A stretch of 62,866 nt of DNA, counting the filler, from Phoronis australis (lineage: Eukaryota; Animalia; Phoronida), in the NCBI GenBank assembly GCA_002633005.1. It is 3 parts of 3 records of this genome, joined end to end, with 100 filler letters (N's around TTAATTAATTAA, not from the genome) between each part and the next. Parts side by side here need not be neighbours in the genome. Positions count along the whole stretch, not along the records: positions 22,590 to 40,637 come from NMRA01000379.1; 2 more parts are not named here. The stretch is one strand, 5' to 3'. The number at the start of each line of letters is the position of its first letter. Within the stretch, counting starts at the first letter, position 1. The notes below the pieces were generated by a model. That model was not told where the DNA came from. It did no database searches and was given only the letters and a program-made list of their open reading frames with translations. Made by a program: the position numbers and the translations under genes. Positions 25,528 to 37,018 of the stretch are shown one piece after another.

Positions 25528-26160
25528 TGTGTGCCCTTTATTCAGCTTATATTTGCCAGGTTTCTTATTCCTCTCGTCAGCAGCCAACCGTTGTCGCATT
25601 CCTGTTAATCGTAAACGCGGCGCTTGTTGCAAAATTAATCGCATACGCGATTTTATTCAAGCCCGCGGTACTTAGAAACCCTGCTCTTATCAACTGATAA
25701 CTTTGTTGATATGTGGACAGGTTTGAATAGATTTGATTTCTTGTGACAGAAAGAAATTTATAAATTAAAATTAAGTTTTTACTTGTCGGTGATCACTTGT
25801 AACGAATAACTTTAATGATAATTCGCGAGTACGAGCAGACTGGAAAACTGTAAGCCATATTTTCCATCGTAATTGGATTTACATCCAAAGTGCTCAAGAA
25901 TATAAGTCACGGAATCATGCGGTATATGACACTTTCTTCCATACTTTTTTAACTTTGAATTTGTCTTTAAAGGAATCTCGAGCAACAGATTTACTTACAG
26001 AAAACTAAATTCTAAAAACATACGGAATTTTTAAGTTACACTTTATTGCGGAACTGAACCTCGAGCCTGTGATTTTGACGTCTTATGGAACTCGCAAGGA
26101 ATCGTTTAACTTGTGACATCCGAAAATGGTGGTTAGACTCCCTGTTCTGACATCCTACAT

Positions 26161-28432
26161 CAGGGCCGTAGGAAGCGGGGGGCCGGGGGCTCATGCCCCC
26201 GCAAAATTTTCAGGCGTCAGGGTTAAACCGTGGCAACCGACATAGGCGTGGGGCTGGGGACAGTCGAGAAAAGAAAGACTGCGAAATACGGATAAGAGGG
26301 AAAATTCAAGAGAACATTTAACGACTATGTATCAGTGCATGGTTTACCTTTGGGGGACCCTTGCCAGGACATTGTTGTTAGGGTCTCCACTTTTGCAGCA
26401 CAGGTCGTCTAAACGCACTTGAAAACGTGCACTTAATCATTCATACGTATATTTCGAAAAATCGAGGAAATCCGTAAAGCGAAGCTTTTGCGGAGCGTAC
26501 TAATTTTCTGGATTTTGCTAAAGCAAAACTATATTTTTCCAGAGGCCCCTCTCTGGCAAGGGATAACGGAGACAACTTTCGCTTTATGTTTTTTCTCGAA
26601 ATTGTATATCATTTGAGAAAAATTGATGACCTGACAAATAACATCAATTGCTGCGCATTTCCTGATTTTTGAAAATATAGATATTTTCATATTTAGGGGC
26701 CCCGCCCTTGAAGGAGGCCATTGATGACACTCAAGTGGCCACCCTTGTTGTGTTTTTATTGACAAATTCTTAAGGAGCCGCTCACGGAAAGAGGGGGACC
26801 AATTTTGGAATCTATTACCTGTATTTGCCTTTTTTTGTGAAATCGTGCAACCGGCTGTAATGTTGAAAAAGGTCACTTCTTGCACCGTCTTATGACCAAC
26901 GACGGTGGAATGAACTGTCACTTTTCTTCAAGCTTAATGATGTTTAGCCTTTCATCTTAAGGTGTCCCATTTCAGACGGGACCCTCTCTCGGTGGAGCAG
27001 TTCGGAGGAGATGTCCCTTTGTCCCTCTATACATTTAAATCCGACACTGCCGCGAGGGAATTTGAGATTCCAAATTCATCAAAAAATACAAAAAATTGTG
27101 CCCAGCACAGCAGTATCGAGACATTTGACCCAAACAACCAAATGTGGACAAAATGCAATAGGATTAACCGCCATCGAAAGGAAGACCACTATTTGTGAAT
27201 TACACAAAAAGATTATTTCCGATGGTTAGTTATAAAATAATGTTACTGTTTCCCATAGTATCACAAGAAAAGTATCTCTTTTGAAGATGGTTACCATGCG
27301 CGCACCCAGCCTAACATATAGGGGGCTCGAATTTTTGAGAAGGAAATTGCTTATTACATTTCGTTTTGATAAACAAATTCGTTGGTTGTTATTTTACTTG
27401 TTTATGTATCTACGAAAATCAATAGATTCATAGATGATTTTTGACAGTTAGAAGCTAATCTTCTAAGAAATGATGACATTTCAGTGAATTTAATTACAGC
27501 CTGAAGTTGGAAAATAGTAAAGTACATTTAGAAGATTTTTACCTATCTAAAATAACTCTTAAAGACATTGATGAAATTCAGACTCACAAACCGTATATCG
27601 AAAAAAGTTTCAAAAGTCCTTAAATAGATAAAATTAAACTCATTGCTTGAAAAGGTTGTGTTTGTACTTCCATGGTGCTTTTATTTTCTCGTAGTATTGA
27701 GCAATAGATTTTTGTTCTTCAAAACTGAATTGTTTGCTTGCCTGATTCCCGTGCAGGTCATGACCGACGCACCCACGTTAAAAATAAGGTCCGCGTAGAA
27801 TCTCAGGGATCCACGGAAACTTCAGGAGTTGAAGTGTGTATATTTTCGAGAAACACTGTGTATCATTTTCCCCAACCACCAGAAACTGGACTGCCGGTTG
27901 TGTTTCAACGATGAATTTTGAAACAGCCCCAAAGGCACTATACCAGGAACCTCGTTACCTCACCTTTTCAAAAAAACTTCAAAGAATGACCATAATGAAA
28001 TAATGTTCTCCCGATGCTGGATCACAGTAAAACGTATCTTGACCTCAGAGCCAGTGCGGAGGGCCAGCACGAGCTGCCTGTCTCAATGGAATCATAGATA
28101 AGCTTACCAGCAACTAACATTAGTTCATCGGGAATTTCATATTTTCACACTGTTAGATCTCAGCTAGCTACTTGAGGCAGCTCTTTGCTACCGATTAGTT
28201 TACTGGTCCTAGGCCCATTCTTACTCTCCATGTTGGTTCACGGTTACTCAACTCTTGATGGCTGCATCCCAGGGATTGTCGCCCACCTAGGGCGGACGTG
28301 GGAGATTCGGTATAAATATGGTGGCATCGAGAGCACGGGGGTGGCGGAGTTGGTGGCGATGGGGGAGGGGGGTAGTTTGGCGAAGTCAAAATGGTTTGTA
28401 CCCCCCAATAATTTTTACCTTCTTACGGCCTG
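26161..28432. mobile_element. Possible ~2.3-kb non-autonomous hAT-type element, or two separate ends
   Basis: Left CAGGGCCGTAGGAAG and right CTTCTTACGGCCTG are near-inverted, with G/C-run subterminal tracts. No TSD match. Confidence 0.4.
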
Positions 28433-30507
28433 CATATATATGGGGAAAACAAGGAAAGCAAAGTTGGGAGATTTAACTCCATCTGTGGCACTTGATCTTG
28501 TGTCTCTTGAAGCCGAAGGGTTCCGGATGGTACGAACTCTGTGCCAGGGCCAAACTGAGCCATTATCCACCGTGGAATGTTGAAGTCATTACATCGTTCA
28601 TATTTTCTTCTGGAGGGTTTTGGGTGTTCAGGGTACAGACACTTTCTGCTTAGGAGAGAACCGGGACCAAATTCTCTTCGGTGAACATCGTACATGATTT
28701 GACTCTACGCGGACTGGTCCTTCTCAGTCACACATTTACCTATCCTGGCTAATACGAGCTCATACTCTGCCACTGGCCTTGATTTACGCGGTACTTTACT
28801 GCATCTCAGATGTTCTGAAGTGTCTTTAGACTGACTAAAGCCACAAAGCTTTTGTATTCGCACTAGTTTGATGAAAACTCTCTAAACGAACAAAATGACC
28901 TTCGTTCTTCATTTTATCTTTAAAAACATGATAGTCTCAAAAGCAGTATCTACAAATTACAATTCTTACAAATTCAAACTTTAAATGGATTTATTTCCAT
29001 TTCATTGACCTGTCAAATTAATGATAATGGAAGAAAACAAGATGGTTACATGTACAAGATTTATATATCCTCAAACGTAATGTCTAATGACTCACTGGAC
29101 AAAGGTCATCGAGTTCAGTTTTGATAGTGATCGCTTAATACATCCAGAAATCAATTTGCTTTCATTTGAAAGACCTTAGACTTGACTTTCATAACAGTTT
29201 AAAGCAGATGTCTTTTTCAAAATTTCGTTCAATTTGTCTGTAAACTATGCTCATCATTTCCAAAATTGACAGTTTTGATGACAATTATCATTTGATCTAA
29301 AGTCGGGGCAAGATATTTTTGGTCAGTCATCAAGATTTAATCTTTAGCTGTTTGTTCAAAAAGTTACATAAAGCTACAAGTTGCAATATGGCAGTAAGAG
29401 GGTCACAAGCACGGCCACTAAAATTAGCTAGAAAAAGTGGTCTGTGGATTATCTCCCCTGTCTAGCACAAACCGTCGATTTTTGAGTAAATGCCAAATAA
29501 TTATTTACAGTATATATTGGTTATTCCAGCCACCAAAGTACAACTTTCAATCTATTTTGTAAGTTACTTATATTCGTTGCTGAAAACATAAACTTTGGAG
29601 CTAGCTAACATGACCAGTTGCTGTCTAGTGTTCAAGCGGGGAAATTAGTAGTCATTGAATGCACAAAATGTGCCATTTGGATTTTTGTTAGCTATCCATT
29701 TACAAAAATGCAGTTGTTTTGAATTTTTACGTATAGAATTATTTTGGAAAATCTACTAGTTTTTATATAGACTGCCTCTTTTAAGAAGATTTTCAAAAAT
29801 CAACCATAAAGGGTCTCTTGGACCTGGAGGCCCTGAGAATTCTTACTGTAATGTAGCCACAATTCGCACTCCACAAACTTTTATCTACCTCCGGCAACTT
29901 GCCTCAGTGTCACACCGAGTTGTGTGGTTGACGAGAGTTCACGCAGACCAAGTATTACAAGCGCAGCCCACATTACAGCTTTTTATACGAGATTTTGCTT
30001 CTACGGAACAGATCCCAGTATAAGCCATAACGAATCATGACAGGTGGAGTACCCCGGCGCTGAGCAGTAACAGGTAAGCACCATGACACCTAAAGAGATA
30101 AGAATCCAAGTGCCTTTTTACTTCATAAAAATTATTATATTTAAACTTACATTTCCATTTGTTTAGCTGTCAAACAAATTAAATTAAAACACCACTTAAT
30201 CCTACGGCCACGATGGAAATGAAGAGTACTTGCTACAGTCACAAACCTTCCGGTCAGAAGGCTGGAGAGGTGTGCGTTCCGCAAATGTGAGACTTGCGGC
30301 GAGAAATATTCACGTAGGGAACGGGAACTGCTTGTGAACATTATATCATACTTCAAAATTCCGGCCTTGCCAACCAATCATTCAGTGGCCGCCATTTTGC
30401 TTGTTCACACTAGGAAAGTCACGGGTAGAGGTCAATAACGCTAAGACTCCATTGCTAGTAAAGTAAGACTTCGCAAGACTACGCGAGATATTGCAGAGTA
30501 TTGTAAA

Positions 30508-33245
30508 TAGTCAGGTTCACTATGTCCAAATTTTGACATTCGTTGGAATTTTTTGAGGAAAGTGGAAAATATACATTTTGGAAACCTCATGGAATGACAA
30601 ATCAGAAAATAATTGATTCCATTTTTTCGGTGGCCATCTTGGCGGCCATCTTGGATTTTCAATAATGGCGCTGGTAAAATGGATTTTGCCCAATATATCC
30701 GCCCTTGGGTCACTGAGAATGTTAGTTTTTATGGCTACACCTGCAGTTCTGAAGTCATTAAATTGGAAATTTTAATTTTATTGGCGGCCATCTTGAAATT
30801 CTACAAATGGCGCCCGTAAAATACATTTTGCTCAGTATTTCTGCTCTTGGATCACTTAGAATGTTAGTTTTAATGGCTGCACCCACATTTTGTGGGGTAT
30901 GGAATTGAAAAACACTATTTCTAAAATGACACATATAATCTAAATGATTTAATAGCAGATACGATTTTCCAGAATATTTAAAGGAATCACAGAAACGCAC
31001 ATTAACCTACATGTATACTTACAGTGTATATCTATATCTGTTTGAAAAGGTATTTGAGACATATTTTTTGAAGATTTCGTTATTACTTCCACTGTTCAAT
31101 TTGGAATCCAGTTCTCCTCTACTCAACGGAAATGCATTTTGCCTTTGACAGTCGGACGGCAGATAAGCTTGGCAGTAATCAGGCTGAGGTTCAATGACGA
31201 GAACAACAGGAGTTGTAGCCTGCTGGGCAAATCGACCAGAAACCTGCTATCAGCCACTATGAATTCACCCTAACACCAAGAGCAATCTTTGCTGCCAGTG
31301 GGGCAATGCTGTCATGCACAGACAAATCGAATCGAATCCACCTTCTGCAGAAACTTTCCGAAGCAGACCTCTTAGAACAGGACAGTCCTCAAGCTGCAAG
31401 AGAGGTTTTAGACCCAGAAAGCATGTAAACAACATCCAATGAGTGTGTTCGCCCAATCCACAAAACTGCACGCGTGGATAGTATGGAAGTGATTTTCTAG
31501 TAGAGATTATAACAATATCATTCTGGTTTTTGACACCCACAAAGACAGCTCTCTGAAACAGGCCACCAGAGAAAAAAGGAGACAGAGAAAGGGTCAAGTG
31601 CAGTCTGTACCAGATAAGAGATGAGATTTACATAAAAAACATCCCAATGAGCCGTTTCCTCTCCCATGACCAAGAAAGGCTCAACTTACTGAATATCTGT
31701 CTGCAAAGACACTTGAATATAGATAGCTATTACGTTAGCTTCAGGATGCACAAAGAGCAACCAACGTGATCTACGCTTAGAAGAAAACGATCACGAAAAA
31801 GCATATGTATTGCTAATACACTGTACATCATGCAGTTCTGGCATCACATCAAAAGGTCGTTGATTCTCAGCTGATGTTTTCTTTTCACCTGACATACTCG
31901 TCATTACCTATTATGACAGGCTTCTCAGAAATACTTCAGTCCCCATGGCATATGGGATTGTGGACGTGAATCCAATATGGACAATATTAGGTACTGTCCG
32001 GGCAAATAGCTCTTCCTGCCTTCCATGCTTTTACATGGATAGACAACACTGGTCCATTCTGTAGGTTGAATATATATTTTGAAGGCAAACACCGATGATA
32101 TCAATGCACAGCAGACTTTTTGCACTGCTTATGAAGTAACAGGTGAACCTCTTTTCACATTAGCCCCTTTTACATGTGCATACTCACCACAGGGTATAGA
32201 CACAAATAGCATCCCAGAGCTGAGATGGTACCTCTTCTGTAAACATATGGCTGACAGCGACAAACGTCCACCGACCATTGGTGCTTTGAAACAGCATGTG
32301 CTGAGAGTGTTTATTCAAGCCAGAGTGTGGGGCCAGGCAGTCACTGCTCGATAGGAGTTCCTTGATCCATTGCAGAATAAATTTACAAGGACAAAGATGA
32401 CCAGCTGAAACACCCATAACTGAGGAGCTTCCGGCGCCAGAGGCTATCATTGAGATGGTTAGTGGAAAAACAATTCCTCTTCCCAGAGGTGCTCTTGCCG
32501 ATCAAAGGACCTATCTTACACAGATCTATGTCAGTATAGTGCAGAATATCAGAATGGTGATGATGATGTGATTCCTGGTGACAGTGATGGCTATAGTAAT
32601 GATCTATTTACTGATTTCAAAGTTTTGAAAGACTATTTGACACTACATAAACATACTTTCATGTTCTTCAAACGTAAATAAGTTGTTTAGGTACTGATTT
32701 AGTTTTAAGTGTCTTGAAGGAAACAAGCTCCGAACAAAATATACAAGAAAGTAAGATAGTGTTCATGAGTGAGATTACATGAAGAATCCATTTAGAAAAT
32801 GTGGCTGCTAATAAATGGGGTTTTGATTACGTTTTCCATTTAATAAGTTGCATTTTCAGATTTATTGACCACAAAAATGTGGGTGCAGCCATTAAAGCTA
32901 ACATTCTAAGTGACCCAAGAGCAAATATACTGAGGAAAATGTATTTTACGGGCGCCATTTTTAAAAATCCAAAATGGCTGTCAAGATGGCGCCCAAAAAA
33001 TTAAAATTTCCAATCCCTTGCCCTAAGAAATGCAGGTGTGGCCATAAAAACCAACATTCTAAGTGACCCAAAAGTGGAGATATTGGGCAAAATCCATTTT
33101 ACCGGCGCCATTTTTGAGCATCTAAGATGGCCGCCAAAAATGGAATCAATTATTTTCTGATTTTTCATTCCATGAGGTTTCCAAAAATGTATAGTTTCCA
33201 CTTTCCCCAAAAAATTCCAACAAAATTACACAACAAACCTGACTA
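30508..33245 (+). mobile_element. Academ DNA transposon, internally deleted, with transposase pseudogene
   Basis: TAGTCAGGTT...AACCTGACTA termini and ~390-bp imperfect TIRs. Disrupted motifs YEFTLTPRAIFAASG.MLSCTDKS, HEKAYVLLIH, FSPD, ALPAFHAFT, LRWYLF...PPTIGALKQHVLRVFIQARVW and CXC-type RCSCRSKDLSYTDLCQ. Confidence 0.88.
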
Positions 33246-34967
33246 CAATGAGAACACGCGATTTTAGCTAGATTTTCCTAGCCGCTAGACAGCTACTGAA
33301 ACTCTACCCCGAGCGTACACGCGACACATTCGCATTTCACTTGCGTGATTTTTATGGCCAAACACGTGCAAGCCTTATGTCTACGAATCGCATTTACACA
33401 CGGTTACCCCATTCCTTTTGAAGCTTTGTCTATTCACGTAGTTGCAGGTATCCGAACTCAAGGTAGGGGACATCATACTTTCCATTGAGTTTAATCCGCT
33501 TAATGCACTTGACTGGCAAAGTGTTGGATTATCCTTTGAGTGTCTATTCATTTGGGAAAGGCAGGGGACATTGAAAAATACGTCAATACGAACATTTTGG
33601 GAAACAGTGTTAGGTCTATGAAGAAGGTTAAGAATCTAAGAATTGAACTGGAAGAATCCTTTTGGTGAGGCAAAAGTAATATCATTAAGACGGCAAATTC
33701 CAGGTCGCAGTTCATGTAAAGACACAAACTTGGGATCAGATATTAAAAAGATGTTGCTTTCTGATCTTATTTCATGTTATTTAGGCTACACCAGTTGCGC
33801 CTCGATTTAACTTCTTTTACTTAATACATGCATGTACGAGAGACCGAGGCGAGTTTGTCCCCCCTGGGAAGAGTTCGACTGCTGTGCTTCAATCATAACG
33901 AGAACTCTAATTACATAACGGGCGACAATAAAGCTTGAATAGGATGCACAATTACATAAATCTATCTCGAAAAACATTTCAACAGTTTTTTTGGAACTTT
34001 TTTATCAAAAAGACGTCAAAGCCTGCGAGGCTAATGAGCTACGTGACCTCCAGGTGTGGCTTTATCCGATAGGTAGCTTTCGAATTAGGCACAGTAAACT
34101 GGTAGTAGTTGACCCCCAAAAACTGCCTAGATTAGCAGTTATAGTTATCAGGTTATCGCACTTTCAAATTGGATTTAGGCATATAGGAAAGCAATCAAAA
34201 GTAAACATTAATAACAATCTATTTTAGAAAGACGTGGAACAGAGGAATTCAAGTTTATCTGGTTGTCTAACAAAGTTCGGCAACTCACACCGCAGACCAC
34301 GATTTCGTTTCCAAATGATTATTCTACCAAAACTAATTTCCCTGTGTGATTCGGGTCTTCGCCTCTTTTTCTCACATACCCACAGAAGATAAGCCTTTGT
34401 TCTTTTACCCCCGGTTTTGATCTTGGCATAGTTCAATAACGCCTCGCTAGGACCTCTAAAAGCAAGACTTTGCGATACATGTATATTGTCGTGTATTTTC
34501 AATAGAGCACGTGTTTTTTACTAGGTTTTTCTCGTTCGAGACAGTTATTGAACTCAACAGATATACACACCTTATGCGTTGGCCAGTTTCACGGTGCCTA
34601 GCAACGAAAAAGCTGATGAGGTCACTTCCTCAACTTCTAACTTTGACTAGGAGCCATTGTCAGACAGTGGCAACTTATAGTAAAACCACAAAACAGATTT
34701 TTTAATTTATAGTTATGATTTAGCTAATACAAGGACAATACATAAAAAGGAACCAACTTTTACAAATCAGTGTTAGACAGAACCTGTAAGAACTAACTGC
34801 GTTTATCTTCTATTGAAGGCGTGACATACTGTATAAAGATTACAAAAATAAAAGGCGATTCTAGCATTTCGTTATAATATGATAACTAAAAACTCGATGA
34901 TAGAAAACATTTTCATCATTAATTGCCATTCCCAACTGGTCTCATTGACGAAAGCTAGTCACAGTTC

Positions 34968-36029
34968 TCAGCCACGTCTGATATTCGAAGCATGGGCCAT
35001 GTTATACGGATATGGTTTTCCAGGATCAGAAGCGTCGTTGAGAAGTTTCATCTGTTCAGGCGACAGCTTCCAACCACTTCCTGCTCCCATGTTGTCTTCC
35101 AGCTGGGCGAGCGTGCGGGCGCCAATAATAACAGAATCAACGGTATCTTTTTGCAGAAGCCAACGGAGGGAAACTTGCGCCATAGACTTGTCACACTCTT
35201 TGGACACTATCTCTAAGGCATCTGTTATTGTCCATGTACTCTCGTTTGCTTGTTCCGCAAATGTGGGCATTATTTGCAAATTGACACGAGTCTTTGTTGC
35301 GTGTTCTATTCTTGAGCCTGGGGTAGGCTCACGCATTCCACGATGAAATTTCCCACTGAGCCATCCACCTTTCAGAGGGCTCCACGGTAAAAAGCCAAGA
35401 CCTTCGTTACGGCAGACATCAATAACTTCATATTCTACTTTACGGCACAAGAGACTGTATTGGTTTTGCAGGCTTGTGAAGGGATTAAGTCCCAACTTGT
35501 CACAGGTATCCACGAGTTTTTGAAGTTGCCATCCACAGAAATTACTTGCTCCCAAGTAGCGTACCTTTCCGATGCGTACAAGATCGTCGAATGTACGCAC
35601 AAGTTCTTCAAATCGTCCACCCTGGTCCCGACAATGGTATTGGAATATATCCACGTAGTTAGTTTGAAGTCTTCGCAAACTTTCATCAATGCTTTGCATG
35701 ACTTGTTTCCTACCTAAACTATGGTACTCTTTACACTGCGAGCCCATGGGTAATAGTACTTTCGTCGCCACCACTAAATCATCTCGCTGTCCCCGTTTTG
35801 TTAGCCAGTTACCGATAAACTCCTCTGACTGACCCATAGAGTAAATGTTTGCAGTGTCGATAAAATTCCCTCCCAATTCCGTAAACCTATCCAGGATAGC
35901 AAACGACGTTTCTTCATCTGACTGTCCTACAAGAATTTTACTTTTTTTCCCAAATGTCGCAGTTCCGAGACAAATGTTGGACACTTTTAGTCCAGATTTG
36001 CCTAAAAAATTGTAGTTCACAGAGACCAT
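34968..36029 (-). CDS. Aldo-keto reductase (YajO/Tas-like), 353 aa, intronless CDS
   Basis: First ATG at 36029 (the ORF track starts at an upstream GTG). Motifs LGKSGLKVSNICLG, FIDTANIY (D,Y), VATK (K), YVDIFQYH (H), GKVRYLGASN, WSPLKGGWLSGKF, IIGART. Confidence 0.95.
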   Translation of the reverse strand: MVSVNYNFLGKSGLKVSNICLGTATFGKKSKILVGQSDEETSFAILDRFTELGGNFIDTANIYSMGQSEEFIGNWLTKRGQRDDLVVATKVLLPMGSQCKEYHSLGRKQVMQSIDESLRRLQTNYVDIFQYHCRDQGGRFEELVRTFDDLVRIGKVRYLGASNFCGWQLQKLVDTCDKLGLNPFTSLQNQYSLLCRKVEYEVIDVCRNEGLGFLPWSPLKGGWLSGKFHRGMREPTPGSRIEHATKTRVNLQIMPTFAEQANESTWTITDALEIVSKECDKSMAQVSLRWLLQKDTVDSVIIGARTLAQLEDNMGAGSGWKLSPEQMKLLNDASDPGKPYPYNMAHASNIRRG

Positions 36030-36866
36030 TTTGTCACCAACACAGTACGCCACTCGTCCTTTTGATATAACTACCTGTTACGCACACACGGAAACACACG
36101 CATATACTTATATAAATATACACTGCACCTCTTTCCTTGAAATTTGATATGACCGCCGAACCTGGTGAGAATGTCAGGGAATATCCGCGTGAAGAAATCA
36201 CCCAAGAAATATGATAAACGGTATTCATAGAATTGGATGGTTAATCCAAGGGAAAAAAGCACTTGGGTGAGCATAGCGATATTCATCGTAAGATAACCTG
36301 CAGGGACGGTCACTTCAACTGAGTTGTATATTACTTACACATAGACCAACTTCGCCTGTTTAATGTTCCTCTATCCTCTACACTTGCAAACTATTTAAGC
36401 CTTTAAGAACACATAAAATGTACCCGCTCTTAAATACATGTAGTTGTATGATACTGTCCTCCACCTAATCCTATGTTCGGATTTTTTTACTTTTATTTTT
36501 ATGATTTTACTACTGAGTTTAATGTCCCTTTATCTTTCGTTTAATCATTTTTAATTTACTTGCATATACTTGTATTACTACTCATTTTCTTTTAAGCAAC
36601 GCATATGTTGCATTACTTGTATTAGGCTAGTGGCATTATTGTATTAGCTGTATTATGCCAGGGACATTATTAATTTTGCTCTTCAGTTTCGGAAGATTAC
36701 TGTCTCAGTCTACTCGTTTGTTAATTTGAAATAAGACCATGATCGATTTTAGGGCCGAAAAAATCATTTACGGCATTGTTGTAGACGGAATAGACTTTTC
36801 AAGTTACTACTTTTAACCAGAAGAATAAAGCAATAAAATCCGTTATGTCTGCAACACAATAGCGCA

Positions 36867-37018
36867 ATACATTCTCCGTTGTGTCTGCCATACATTCCCC
36901 GTTGTGTCTGCCATACGTTCTCCGTTGTGTCTGCCACACATTCTACGTTGTGTATGTCATACGTTCTCCGTTGTGTCTGCCATACGTTCTCCGTTGTGTC
37001 TGCCATACGTTCTCCGTT
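36867..37018. repeat. Minisatellite, 23-bp unit CCGTTGTGTCTGCCATACGTTCT, ~6.5 copies
   Basis: Tandem copies ending at a single N (37019), so the array is probably collapsed. Confidence 0.95.

Noticed and set aside
28185-28583. 132-aa ORF with possible LTR PBS/PPT-like motifs
   Set aside because: TTG start, no domain motifs and no paired LTR. The G-run fits the subterminal tract of an hAT-type end.
34879-35717. Plus-strand ORFs overlapping the AKR (and similar ones over 45895-46966 and 49389-49595)
   Set aside because: Antisense shadows of real coding sequence.
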